Of a DNA stretch of 64,000 bases, positions 25,661 through 39,088 are shown one piece after another. Made by a program: the position numbers and the translations under genes. The notes beneath the pieces were generated by a model, which worked only from the letters and a program-made list of their open reading frames with translations, did not search any database and was not told the origin of the DNA. The stretch covers positions 58,081,651-58,145,650 of the forward strand of contig NC_068994.1 of NCBI RefSeq assembly GCF_001194135.2. The letters are read 5' to 3'. The DNA comes from Octopus bimaculoides. Taxonomy: Eukaryota. The first letter of the stretch is position 1, and every line of letters starts with the position of its first letter.

Positions 25661-26211
25661 GGCAGCTGCTGTCTGAAGGTGTCTGTGTGTCTGATTCAGT
25701 TGTTGTTGTCGTTGTTATATGGAGATGTCACATGGAGGCACTTTGGTCATCAATAATGGGCAATGTTACATTCTGAGTGCCATTTTTTTGCTGCTATGTT
25801 GGACAACCAGACCACAGCAAGAGGGGTGTGTGTGTGTGTGTGTGTGTATGTGTGTACAGAGATGAATTTACTGAAGGCAGGGATAGAGAGAGGGGGGGGG
25901 AGGGAAAGGAAGGGAAGATGAGAGAGAGAGAGAGAGAGAGACTAGAGGGAAAGGAAGAGGGAGTTCAGTATTACAACGCCAACACATAATAGTTGATACT
26001 TTGGACCAACACACATCATTGATATTGGTGTGTGTACATGACTGTACATTTAAGTAGGTGTGTGTGTGTGTGTAAACTGTGTGTGAGTAATAAGTGTGTG
26101 TGTGTGTGTGTGAATACAGTATCAATGAAATAGTGACGTCAGATCTTTTGAAGGAGGCAAACGTTCAACAAGTCATCTAAACACCAGATTTTACATACAT
26201 ATCCAACCCGT

Positions 26212-26437
26212 AACCCTTTAGCATTCAGTTAACTCCCATCAAATGTGATGCCTATTAATTCACATTCTTTGAATTAATTACACATTATCTCATAGCTTTG
26301 AGATTCTGATGATGTAATTTTTTAATTTTCAGAATGACGTTGTAGGTTAGGTTTGAAAGGCAAGATCTGGCCAGTTTGAACATAAAACAGGAAGGATATT
26401 TGGGCCAAATAAGGTCGGCTTAAATGCCAAATGGTTC
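26212..26437. mobile_element. Degenerate second piggyBac-type MITE family
   Basis: taaccctttagcattc...aaatgccaaatggtt. Internal sequence is shared with 56870-56975 (ending aatgctgaagggttaa), 22510-22610 and 27800-27870. Confidence 0.55.
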
Positions 26438-27069
26438 AAATATAAAATAACAAACAAATGCAAAAAATAAAACAAACTGCTGATCCTATTCTCCAAGAGT
26501 TTTGCCTCTTTTCAGCCTTCCATAATCTCAAATATTTAATTGAACCTCACAGTTCAAGTGAACGAGTAATTTGCTGTACGAGCTGAGACTCATACAAATT
26601 TTTGTCTTTAAGTAGAAGCAGAAATCCGCAGTACGAGCACACAAATCGTCCCATCTTTAAGGTAATTCAGTTAATAAAACCAGTTTACATATTTCTTTTG
26701 CTTTCTCTTTTTTATAATTGTCATTTTACTTGTAACTACACTTTTTCTGTTTTAAAACGCATAGAAAAATAATTTTTAGTGGTTTTGTGGGACTGGAATG
26801 GATTAATTATATTTTAGTTAATTTCAACGGGGAAAATTGATTTGTAAAACGAGTAAATTGTTAGACGAGCTCGGTCATGGAACAAATTAAACTCATACTG
26901 CGACGCATCATTGTATTTAACTGTAAAGCAAAACAGGAATATGTTTGTGTGTGTGTGTGTGTGTGTGTGTGCTTATCTCTCCATTGATCTGTTTGATTGC
27001 ATACATAAGAGAAAGAGCACTCAATGCATTCAGTAAAGTCCATATATTTGTTAGAAGTTGTTGATTTAT

Positions 27070-27290
27070 TAAGGCAGGGGGAGCTGGCAGAAATGTTAGC
27101 ATGCCGGGCGCAATGCTTAGCGGTATTTCGGCTGTCTTTACGTTCTGAGTTCAAATTCTGCCAAGGTCAACTTTGCCTTTCATCCTTTGGAGTTGATAAA
27201 TTAAGTACCAGTTGTGTACTGGAGATCAATCTAATCGACTGCCCCACCCCCAAATTTCGGGCCCTTGTGCCTAGTGTAGAAAAGAAGCTG
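27070..27290 (+). mobile_element. tRNA-derived SINE family B copy
   Basis: gagctggcagaaatgttagcatgccgggcgcaatgcttagcgg...gttctgagttcaaattctgcc...gataaattaagtaccag. Related copies lie at 35180-36370 (-), 46935-47150, 59210-59410 and 60120-60325 (-). Confidence 0.8.
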
Positions 27291-27984
27291 GTGATTTATT
27301 GTTGCTACCCAGAGTGAACCATCAACTGGTAACAAATATTTGTGTTTTGAGTGTGTATGTGAGTGTGTATGCACGAGTGTTGGACCATCATCTTTTAGCA
27401 TCTATCTTCCATGGCAGCATGGGTTAGATGGTTTCATAACATCCAGTGTGCCCCCCCCAAAATTGCTCCGATGTTTACTGCATCATAGTTTCTATGGTTG
27501 GATGTCCCTTCTTAAGACCAACCGCTTTACAGCATGTACTGAGTACCTTTTCTGTGGTGCCAGCACTAGTGAAGCTATCATGCAGCTTGCACGACTAAAG
27601 CTCCCTTCAGCCGAGTGGGGCAACAGTAAGGAAAGGGTTTTGTTGTGAACCATGTCTAGTCAGTCATCCCAGTCCTGTGTCGTCTCGTCAGAGTCCTGAG
27701 GTTAGCCATCACCACTTTGCCGCATTCTCTTCCTAGCTCTCTCTCTCTCTCTCTTCAACAAGCTTAATCCACATTAAACAACTGGCATTTCTTTATCTCT
27801 TTAACATTTAAACTGGTCAGATCCAGCCTCTCACACCTACTCTGCAATCTACAATGTTATCCACAAAACACACAATCATAACATTGAAATCTCAAAGCTG
27901 TGAGATAATGCACAATTGATTCAAAATGAAGTGAATAAATAAACGTTATATTTCGCAAAGTAACCTGAATTCCAAAGGATTATA

Positions 27985-28185
27985 TGGCTGTCCTCATCCA
28001 CAAGCCTCATCTGTCCATTCCATTACAGTCTTCTTTCTTGCACACCATATTGGATCTCTTCTGCTTCGTATTATGTCACTTGTACACATTTACAAGGCAC
28101 ATCCAACAGAACATGCTTACTTCATTTCTTTCCAGTCTCCTCAAGATCGCTGTGTTCAAGACCCAAATCTCACTCCAAGCAGTAT
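27985..28185 (-). mobile_element. RTE-clade LINE RT C-terminal remnant
   Basis: SEIWVLNTAILRRLERNEVSMFCWMCLVNV and EIQYGVQERRL*WNGQMRLVDEDS, typical of RTE 'RRLERNE..MLRWMC...VQERRLRWFGHV'. Confidence 0.8.
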
Positions 28186-28519
28186 TAGCCCCCTAAAGCC
28201 CCTTAAAGTTTCCAACTTGTTCTTACTCCAGCAATTACACTTTTAGAACAATCAACTCTTTTCGCTAATTATGTTGCTTATATAAGGAGGAAAGATAACA
28301 GTAAGTAGAATAATAATAATAATGGAGAAAACATACAAAAACAAAATATTAATAATAAAGATAAGAACAATTTGATCTATAATAATAATAATAATACCAT
28401 TAATTAAAAAGCCCCAGTAATCTTAGAAGTGGAAGCTGTATTGATAAAATATTGATAATAGACTGGTCAGTAGTAAATCAGAAAGGTAAGTGGTGGTGGT
28501 GGGGGAAGTATTATGATAA

Positions 28520-28821
28520 AACAATAACAGCAACAACAATATTAACAATAATTCTAATAATAATAATAATAATAATAATAATAGTGGGTGGCACATAAAA
28601 GACACCATTTCGAGCGTGGCCGTTTTCGTGCGGGTGACACGTAAAAGCACCCACTACACTCTCTGAGTGGTTGGCGTTAGGAAGGGCATCCAGCTGTAGA
28701 AACTCTGCCAAATCAGACTGGAGCCTGGTGTTGCCATCCGGTTTCACCAGTCCTCAGTCAAATCGTCCAACCCATGCTAGCATGGAAAGCGGACGTTAAA
28801 CGATGATGATGATGATGATGA
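28520..28821 (+). mobile_element. Young SINE family A copy
   Basis: CpG-rich and intact to the (GAT)n tail. 28625-28821 appears identical to 53395-53591. Confidence 0.9.
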
Positions 28822-29152
28822 ATAATGGGGAAAAAAAATGGGTGTTTTTTTGCATATTTGTAATCTCCGGTATCTAAAACATGGGAATCCATAAAAAAAT
28901 TTTCATAAGAAATGCATTTTTCAAGGAGAGGTGCCAAAAAAAGAATAGCCCCATAGAAAGAATAGTCAGTTAGTCTTAGAATGAGCACCCCATCGATTAC
29001 CACCAGGGAATGGAAGAAGGGAAAATGTAACAATATTGGTGTGTATTTTTATATATATTTTCCATTTTGGAATATATACATACATACAATTATGTATGTA
29101 TATAAATGTTTGTGTGTGTGTGCGTGTGTTTACATGAATCTATCTATCTATC

Positions 29153-29190
<38 letters not shown>

Positions 29191-29599
29191 CCTCTCGATA
29201 TATCGTGATTCACCTGTCACGGTTTATTATTTAAGCTTACGTCAATTCCTCCATGCTGCTGTTTTGCATTTATAATAAAATAAATATATACAAATTATAA
29301 AAATAATTTTAAAAATATATACAGTACTGTTTCTATTTCACGGCCTTTCAATTATCGCAGGGGGCTTTGGAACGTAACACCTGTGACAGTTGATGAATTA
29401 CAATATACATACATACATATATATATACGTATATATACATACATACACACACATGCATCAGTCAGTAGTTCATATATTCAAATAAGAAGCATACTCTAAA
29501 ATATTACAACACTCGTATATTTAGGTTGTCTGTTGCGGCCGGTCTGAGAGTGACCACTCTGATTAGCCATAACAACCATCTAAATATGTATAACATATA

Positions 29600-29726
29600 C
29601 AGGGTGTCCACAAAGTCTGGGTACATGCGGATTAACACATACTTTAAGAAATTATTATTTCTTATATTTAATTGTTTATGTTATGATTTTATTTACTCCA
29701 TGCACCCACATTTTGTGGACACCCTG
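29600..29726. mobile_element. Tc1/mariner-type MITE (127 bp)
   Basis: TA on both flanks and TIRs CAGGGTGTCCACAAA / TTTGTGGACACCCTG, extending imperfectly to about 28 bp. Confidence 0.85.
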
Positions 29727-30669
29727 TATATCTGTATACACACACACACATACATACATACACACATTAGAATGTTGCATGCAAACTCAATACAAAGGCT
29801 GTATGCAAGGTTTGAACTCATGGTCTCTCTGCTCACAGAAATGAGAAACAATATAGGTTTTGAGTGACCAAATCATGATGAGTAACAGGTCTTGAGTAAG
29901 ACACACCACTCAATAGTTTAGAGGCAGGATCTAGAGGTCAAGATATTTTATTGAACATTCAATGCTTGCTTGGTGATTTTGTAAAGAATTTGGTTAAAGG
30001 CACCAACACACCATGGGCCAGGAGCATTGTGTGACTTGACTAAGGCTACAGGGCAGCTATTTTACTAAACACCAAAAGCTGACTATAATATTATGTAGCA
30101 TTAAATGAGGCTTTAGACAACAATGTTCGAGGCACAACCTTAAAGTGGGGATGGTCACAGACGGAATGTTTTTGAGGTTTGCTCAATCATAGTTGATAAA
30201 CATAAGGGGCCAAAGATATCAACTTATGGGGCCTGAACATGTTCAAAATTGGAAAAAGATATAACAACAAAAGTGATCACATAGAGGTCAGTCTACATGG
30301 TGGTCATTGTACATGATCATTGACATGCTAAAAATAACAGCTAAATCTCCCTCACATTACACCTCTCATCTTAAAAAAAAATATGAAAAGCACTCTGAAT
30401 ATTGTAGTCCAAGATAGACTGTTTAAAGTAAAAGATGGGAAGGTCATGGCTGGAACGTTTTGGATCAAATCTGACCTGGGGCTACACAACAAATTCTTCA
30501 AGTCACCTACTCACCATTTCAATTGTACGTTGCCAACGACAACCTGTATGACGATAACTCCATCGCTGTAGTTTCCAACGGTAACACTCCACATCCATTT
30601 TGGACAGATGATGGTGGTGGTGATGATGATGATGATAGTTATGAATTGATTGTACAAGGGGACAGAGAT

Positions 30670-31015
30670 ATCGGTGGTCAGTTAAGACCATAGTGGCCAT
30701 TCCAGAATATGTTCCAGGGCAGTTATCTGTTGATGGTCAATTAAGACAGCACTGGTCACTCCTGTATGTATTCCAGGTTAGTTAAGACCATAGTGGTCAC
30801 TGTGGTATGTAACCCAGGGTCATGACATGACAGTGGACATTTAAAACAGTAGGATTACTGGAGTGTATCCAAGTGTAATAATATATCGGTCAATGAAGAC
30901 CATTCTGATCACTCTCGTATGTATTCCAGAGTCAGGATGAGGTAGTGGTCCGTTTAGCCATTAGTGACCAGTGAAGTGACTTATCGGTCAATTAAGACCG
31001 CAGAAGTTACTCTAG
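30670..31015. repeat. Degenerate minisatellite
   Basis: Recurring core ggtca(a/g)ttaagacca...gtggtcact...tatgtattccag. Confidence 0.65.
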
Positions 31016-31241
31016 ATGTCCATTTCACCATTTAGTGTGGAGCCTTTAATGGTTTTCAATTTATACAGAGGGCAATTGAAGGATGTGTGTGTGCATGTGA
31101 GTGTATGAATATACACCCACACATACATACAGGCACAGTGTTGTTATGTTTGTGGGATGGTACTATGTGTAATCATGTATAATGTGAGTCTGAATAGTGA
31201 GCTACTTAAGGATGTGGGCAGATAAAATCATATGTTAACAG

Positions 31242-31290
<49 letters not shown>

Positions 31291-32159
31291 TATATATATA
31301 TATATATATAATATATATATTGTGTGTGTATGTATTAAAGTGTCTGTTTGTATCTGGAGTATTTAAATAGCTGTGTGTGTGTGTGTGTGTGTGTGTACAT
31401 CTGAGTGTATTTAAGTGACTGTGTATGTATTAAGTGACTGTGCCTGTGTGTGTATGTGTAAGTGTTTAAATGAGAGTAGTGTGTGTGTGTGTGTGTGTGT
31501 GTATAGACACTTTCTCTTCCTCAAACAGTCTTCATAATAAAAAGCCTCACAAAAAAAAAAGCAAACAGGAAAAAAAGCAAACAACCAATTTAGAGAGAAA
31601 CGAAAAATATTCCAAATTAACAGAGTGACTTAGAAACATTTAGGATGTTATGTACCCGGGGTGGGATAAGGGTAGATTTGTGAAGAGATGCAGCAGCAAG
31701 CAATGGTACAGCAACAACAAATACATTATGTACAGCTGCTTACATCAACGTCTTGACACAGTTCCCCCACCCTGAACAACAACAACTCCACATCATCATA
31801 CACCATCTCCCCACCTCCACCCCACCCCAGTAGCGATGTCTGGCACCATACCTCCCCCACCACCACCATTCCTGCTGATATTATATCACTTTACTCCCAA
31901 CCACACCTAAACTCCTACATATAAATACCATATAACTGGTACATACACACCCACCTTATGGAGGGTTGCATCACTGCATTGCACAACGACCACCACCACT
32001 ACCACCATTACAACTGCCACACAGATGGAGATAAGGATGAAGGCAGCGGTGGTGATGATGATGATGATGATGAAGTAAAGTGAAGATTTCAAGAGATTTC
32101 CGTTGGTCATTGAAAGAGGAAGTAATTACTGAATCAAAAACAGGGCATCATATCCGGTT

Positions 32160-32162
<3 letters not shown>

Positions 32163-32195
<33 letters not shown>

Positions 32196-32230
32196 AAGAG
32201 AGAGAGATAGAGAGAGAGAAAGAGAGAGAG

Positions 32231-32261
<31 letters not shown>

Positions 32262-32355
32262 GGGAGAGAGAGAAAGAGAGAGAGAGAGGGAGAGAGAGAG
32301 AGAGAAAGAGAGATAGAAAGAGAGAGAAAAAGAGAGAGAAAAAGAGAGAGAGAGA
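32163..32355. repeat. Long (AG/AAAG)n tract. It is representative of dozens of (CA)n, (AT)n, (AG)n and (AAT)n arrays, e.g. 56044-56147 (CA)n and 50105-50188 (AT)n.
   Basis: Direct inspection. Confidence 0.95.
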
Positions 32356-32379
32356 CAAAACAACATGTAAACACTTGTG

Positions 32380-32410
<31 letters not shown>

Positions 32411-32477
32411 GCAAGATTATATTAGTATACTGTTTACACATACCAATTTGTCATTAAACAAATACAAACTCAGATAT

Positions 32478-32515
<38 letters not shown>

Positions 32516-33241
32516 TTTCTTTGAGAATGGACCTTCACAAGACTACATGAAGCAACTGAAATATCATATACAAATGTATATATATATATGTATACTAGCT
32601 GACGTACCCGGCTTTCAGTTTCCTTCTACCAAATTCACCCACAAGGCTTTGGTTGGCCCAAGGTTATAGTAGAAGACACTTGCCCAATATGCCACACAGT
32701 GGGACCGACCCCATGAGGTTGGTAAGCAAGTTACTTACCACACAGCCACCCCTGCATCTATATATATATATAATGTATATAAAACAAGTTAAAAATAATG
32801 GTCATTACATATTTTTCCTTTATTGGAGCAAATTTGGCTCACAGATGTTTCCAGTAGTCATTATAGGTACACACACGCACACACATACACATACACAAAC
32901 ACATACACACACACACACACACACACACTTCTTTGTGTTTGTTCATTTTGCCAGAAATCAGAAACAGCAGCCGAATCTTCCTCAAATTATACTCTGTCCT
33001 TTATAAAGGATGGACATATTAGATAATGTGGTCCTTGATGCATTATGTGCTGAAAATCAGAAGTGATGGTCATGGCTGGCATGCTTTGGCCAATGGGGGT
33101 AAAAAAACACACAAAAAAAAAAAGACACCCATCTCTTTGGCAAGTTTGGAGGACAGAAACCTGCATAGAAGTTTATTGGTAAAGGAAGGCCAAACACAGG
33201 AAGAAGAAAACATGAGAATTTAAAAAATGTCTCAGACTTAC

Positions 33242-33295
33242 AGTGATGTCAAATTTGAGGAAGTCTTCAAGAGCATCATTACCATCTTCTGCACT
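33242..33295 (-). CDS. JAKMIP: JAKMIP-like exon (SAEDGNDALEDFLKFDIT)
   Basis: Pyrimidine-rich acceptor ctttcttggtttctccacag, donor gtaagt, 54 nt, phase 0, no stop. Confidence 0.72.
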
Positions 33296-33354
33296 CTGTG
33301 GAGAAACCAAGAAAGATAATAATAATAATAATGATAATAATAATAATAATAATA

Positions 33355-33580
33355 GCCCATATCCTACGTAAAATACTGTCTATGTAATCTCAAATTTTAA
33401 AACAAACACAATTTTCTTATGGTTTCTTAAACATTCTCTAGAACAACACTGTACAAATCCAAATATATGGTACCCTAGGCATAACACGTACATGAACTTC
33501 TAACTTGTCGTCTCTTGAGGTCTCTGGGTGAGACTTGGATCCAACTTGTACAAATGCAAAGCAAAAATCAAACATAAAAT
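33355..33580 (+). mobile_element. 3' end of the same R4/Dong-like element (AHILRKILSM* plus 3'UTR)
   Basis: gcccatatcctacgtaaaatactgtctatgtaa, with (AAT)n arrays on both sides. Confidence 0.7.
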
Positions 33581-35179
33581 GATAATAATAATAATATTTA
33601 GATGTGAACCCAGGACATCATGGTCATGAATAGGACTTCTTAACCATTCGGCTATGCTGTGCCTATAAAATACACACACACACAGACATTATTATGGGAA
33701 TATCTCGCGTGGTTTATGAGCTGAATTCAATTTCTGCTGCTGTCAACAATGTCACCTTTCTGAGGGTCAATCATATATATACGCAGGCAAAGGACACGAT
33801 GGTGTATTGATCTAATGTAGCCATCCTTCTCTCCTTTCATGTAGAAATATGTGACCTTATGCCTAACTTTGACATTTCTATTATATAAACACAGAGCTTT
33901 TGGAATCTTTGTTCTGTCCTACATTCGTGTGTGTGTGTGTGTGTGTGTATGTGTGTGTGTGAAGTTAGGCACTATTGATAAACGAGAGTGGCAAAGATGG
34001 CTCTTTGTGATGCCAGTTTCTCTGTGATTCTGATTTCAAATCTAACTTGTATCCAGTGATGTAACAGGGGAGGTGGTTGTTCTTTAGCCCAAGGTCAACT
34101 CTGATTGGGTACATCATGTATGATCAAAAGCATTCTAGCCATGATCAATTTATCTTTTTGGTATATCTAAGACATTAATGAAAGCGCATGGCCAACTGGT
34201 TAGGTATGCTGCACACACAATCATCAGATCATGGGTTCAATTTCCAGACTGGGTGGTGCATTGTGTTCTTGAACAAAACACTTCATTTCGTGTTGCCCCA
34301 GTCCACTCAGCTGTAAATGGAGCACCCTGTGAGGGAATAATTTTCCGACCAGAGCAAATGCTGGCCTGCTTACCTAGCCATTATGGCATTGTTCATAAGC
34401 TAAAACGATGCAAAGTGCACTGTGACAAGTGATGTATAACAACATCTAATAGTCTGGTCAATCACATGATATCTCAGACAATGTGTGTCCATCCAGGTTT
34501 AAGACAGTAGGGCGTGATATGAGGGTGGTTTGGCTGCCTATAGATACTAACCCTGCAGAGGGTCTCCTATGGGCATATAACAGAGGGGGTAAACACAGCA
34601 GAGAGCAGTAAGGTTAACTAGCAGTGAGCTGACCCTGGCCTCACTGTTGTCTCTTGGTTGAGCTTATTCCATTGCAGGCACCTCACTAATGTTCTTGAGA
34701 ACATAACAATTCTCATTTTAACTTTCCATCAAAGTAAATAAGGTGAAACCATCATCATCATCATTGTCGTCGTCGTTTAACGTCTGCTTTCCATGCTGGC
34801 ATGGGTTGGACGGTTTGACTGAGGACTGGTGAGCCAGATGGCTGCACCAGCCTAAGGGATTTGAGGAGTTAAATAAAACATATACTGTGTGAGGATGGGT
34901 GGTGGGGTTAGCTACTTGATTGTGTTCCATGTTCCATACTAAACCCAGAGACCTCATTTAAAATTGATTAAGTCTAACTTAAATAAACTTCATTGTTTTC
35001 TGTCAGTGGAGTGAAGTGGAGGTGGTGGGCCAAACAAGTAACCTGTTGTGAAAGGTGTATTTAAACAAATGGCATGATATGACAAACAAGACAAACAGAC
35101 AGATGTTTGTAAGAGAAGAAAGATAAAAGAAAATTCCACAAATGAAAGAAGAATGATAACAACAACAATAATAATGGCT

Positions 35180-36370
35180 TCAAATTTTGGCACAAGGCCT
35201 GGAAGTTTGTGGGAGGGAGTAAGTTGATTACGTCATTGCCCAGTGCTCGACTTGTACATATTTTATCGACCCTGAAAGGGTGAAGGGCAAAGTTGACCTC
35301 AGAACATAAAGACGGATGAAATGCTGTTAAGTATTTTGTCCAGCATAAGATTCTTCCAGCTCACTGGCTTAATAATAATAATAATAATGATAATAATAAT
35401 AATAATAATAGTCCTTTGTATTATAGGCTCAAGGCCTGAAATTTGGGGGAGGGGGATAGTCAATTACATTAACCCCAATACTCAACTGGTACTTAATTTA
35501 TTGATCCCAAAAGGATGAAAGGTAAGGTTGACCTCGGCGGAATTTGAACTCAGAATGTAGCATTGGGTGAAACACTGCTCAGCATTTCAAACAGAGTGCT
35601 AACAATTCTAACAGCTCACCGCCATAATAATAATAATAATTATTATTATTATTATTATTTCCAACATAGGTACAAAGCTTGAAATTTGTGGGTGGTGGGG
35701 TGAGAAGAGGTTAGTTGATTACATTGACTCTAATATTTGACTATCAAACCCTGAAGAATAAAAGGCAAAGTCGACTTCAGTGGGATGTGAACTCAGAATG
35801 TAAAGGGACATAACTAGGTGGCTGCAAGGCATTTTGTCTTGTGCTCTACCAATTCTGCTATTCCATCGATAATGATAATAATGATAATAATAATAACAAG
35901 AATGATGATTTCTAATTTTAGCACACTGGCCACCAATTTTAGGGGAGGGAGTAAATCGATCACATCAACCCCAGTTTTCAACTGCTACTTATTTTATCGA
36001 CCCCGAAAGGATGAAAGGCAAAGTCGACCTTGGTGGAATTTGAACTCAGAACGTATAGATGGAGGAAATACCACGAAGCATTTCGCCTGGTGTGCTAACG
36101 ATTCTGCCAGATTGCCACCTTAACAATAATAATAATAATAAATAATAAAAATAATAACAATCCTCTGCTGGAGGCACACAGCCTTAAATTTGTGGGGGAG
36201 GGGACTAGTCGATTACATCGACCCCAGTGTTTCACTGGTACTTAATTTATTGACCCTGAAAGGATGAAAGGCAAAGTCGATCTCAGTGGTATTTGAATTC
36301 AGAACAGAGCGGCAGACAGAGTGCCGCTAAGAATCTTGCCTGGTGTGCTAACGATTTTGCCAGCTCACTG
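35180..36370 (-). mobile_element. Tandem cluster of about four family-B SINEs separated by (AAT)n
   Basis: Repeated ccgaaaggatgaaaggcaaagtcgacc...ggaatttgaactcagaa units. Confidence 0.8.
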
Positions 36371-36373
36371 CCT

Positions 36374-36410
<37 letters not shown>

Positions 36411-38522
36411 CAACAATAATAATTATTATATGCAGTCTTACATAGGATACAGTATTAAGATGCAAGAAGAGACAAAATAGTGATATAGAAAGATGGCAGG
36501 AAAATAAAATGAGAGGAAGTAGAGAAACAAACAGGTGGTTACAGGTATGTTAAAATCTATCTTACTCCTGTTTATATCATATTTTAAAATTAAGGTGGCG
36601 AGCTGGCAGAATCATCAGCATGCCGGACAAAATGCTCGGCAGCATTTCATCCATCTTTGTATTCTATTTAGCTGTTATTTTTAGCACACTTCACGACCAC
36701 ATCCTACTTCCCTCATTTGCTCGTCAGTTTGACGCTTTTCAAGGTCTTTCTCCCCATAAACATATTTAATGGTCTATTGCTGGAATTTAAGCCACAAATT
36801 CAGACTGTCCATATTTTAAACTGCATTTTAATAATTAATTTAAAAAAAAAACTTTTCAAATTAGAAAAGAATTTTTTTTCATAGTCGTGTAAATATCCAT
36901 GTGTTGAATACAAATTTTCGAAAATTTCTTGAAAATTCCAAAAAATAAAAATGTCACGAGGAGTTATATGTCATACTTAAAGCAGAATGCTGCCGAAAAT
37001 TACTGTGTGTGTGTGTGTGTGTAGCACAGAGTGGGAACTAGAATAAATGCTGAATGATGATATAGTTCAATATTATAGGTAACAGGGTTCAAATCTCACC
37101 TGTCTCCATGAAACAGAAATCCTATTTCTGTCAGGTTAACAAGTTGCAGGGTTGGTTAAATACTAGTAATATACTGGGGTCCAATCAGTCAAGTAGAATC
37201 CCTTAGGAAAATGGCTTTGTTGTACAATATATCACTCGTGCTTCTGTCGGTAACAGTCTAATAGTGATGATACAAATGACAGACGAGTATGTGTGAGTGG
37301 GGTGGTGGTCAGAGGGTGATCAAGGTGACAGTGTGGTAGTGATGGTATAGGCGACAGAGTGTGGTGGTGGTGGTGGTGGGGGTCTAGGTGACAGTGTTGT
37401 GGCAGGAAGCAGAGGAATGCTGTTTATCAGAGTTTAGCTGCCAATCAGAAACCCTGGGAGATGTCAAGTCACTGTTGACAGATAGCAGTGAATGATCCAC
37501 CACAACTGGGGAGTCTATGAAGAAAAGGGGACAGACACTGTGTGTGTGTGGGGGGCAGACGTTACAATGGGAGCTGTGGTAAAGTAGAGCACTGAGAATG
37601 AAGTGGGGAGGAAAGGGGTGTATGTGTGTGTGTGTGTGTGTGTGTGGTACAGGTAAAAGAGATAAGAGACAAACAGAAAGCAACATATGAGAAATGTGTG
37701 GTGGAGGGGGTGGGATGGCGGTTGGCTCAGAGTAAATCAGTGTTTGTTTGTTAGACAACTACAATGAGACATATACTAACAGAAATTATGGAGAAGATCA
37801 CAGATAATCATTAGATGTGGGAGTGGTGGTGGTGCTGGGATGTCAGTAGAGAAGAAATCAGTGGTGGTGGTGATGGTGGCGATTGTGGGGGTGGTGGTGG
37901 TGGTGTCTGTTGACTTCTCCAGGAATGTGTCAAGCCTGATTATTTCAAGATCTGCTGCTAGCTGTTTTCCCTTCAGTTATTTGGTCAGTGGTATGTGAAG
38001 TCAACTCCTGCCTCCCCCCCATCCCTCCCCCCACCACATGAACACATCTAAACATCTGTCANNNNNNNNNNNNNNNNNNNNNNNNNNNNNNNNNNNNNNN
38101 NNNNNNNNNNNNNNNNNNNNNNNNNNNNNNNNNNNNNNNNNNNNNNNNNNNNNNNNNNNNNNNNNNNNNNNNNNNNNNNNNNNNNNNNNNNAAGCCATTA
38201 CTTCACCAACTTCACCAACATGCTTCTTTATTTAACTATTTATACAGGAATGGCCATAAGTAACTTTACCCATTTCTTTATTCATCATCATCATCATCGT
38301 TTAACGTCCGCTTTCCATGCTAGCATGGGTTGGACGACACCAGATGGCTGCACCAGGCTCCAATCTGGTTTGGCAGAGTTTCTACAGCTGGATGCCCTTC
38401 CTAACGCCAACCACTCAGAGAGTGTAGTGGGTGCTTTTACGTGCCACCAGCACGAAGGCCAGTAGAGAAGAAATCAATTCTTTATTATTATTAGAAATGG
38501 ATAAATCGACTTATGGCCATCC

Positions 38523-38556
<34 letters not shown>

Positions 38557-38974
38557 GCACACATTCTCAACACTAGTTTTATCTACTGGAAATAACAGCT
38601 AAATCTCTCCCAATATCACACATGACTGTGTTAAAGAAAATAGATTGTTAAATAATGATGTAATTCTAGATATGTTAGAGGTGGATAAAGATGGGACAGT
38701 CGTGGTTGGAAAGCCTTTGATCATAGGTCTGTCCAATGAAGACGGGCAAGGGGTTTCATAGCAACAGCTATATTGGATAAACCAAAAAGACTGGTTTTAC
38801 AAGAGAACATTTACGAATGTGGATACACTTGTAAATCAACGCGTGTGTATGTTAGGGTGTGTGTGTGTGTGTGAGTGTGAGTGTGCATGCTATCTATTGT
38901 GTGTGTGTGTGTGCATGATATCATGTCAATGCTCATCAGTGCAGGAATGCAGTTCTGTGTAAAGCTAAACTCAC

Positions 38975-39088
38975 CGTGTTCTGACTTTCCTCTAATTCTA
39001 GAATCCGAAATTCTAAATCTTCAATTTGTTCCCTGGCTTCTGAGAGATCTTCCTGTAGCTTGCCCTCATTATCTTCCATCTTTTTCAA
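38975..39088 (-). CDS. JAKMIP: JAKMIP CC3-region exon (LKKMEDNEGKLQEDLSEAREQIEDLEFRILELEESQNT)
   Basis: Acceptor gttgcag, donor gtgagt, 114 nt. It contains the family signature LEFRILELEE. Confidence 0.93.

Noticed and set aside
37100-37135. Exon-like site ending at cag|gtgaga
   Set aside because: It overlaps a tRNA-like ggttcaaatctcacc repeat head, and the compatible frame has a stop or phase mismatch.
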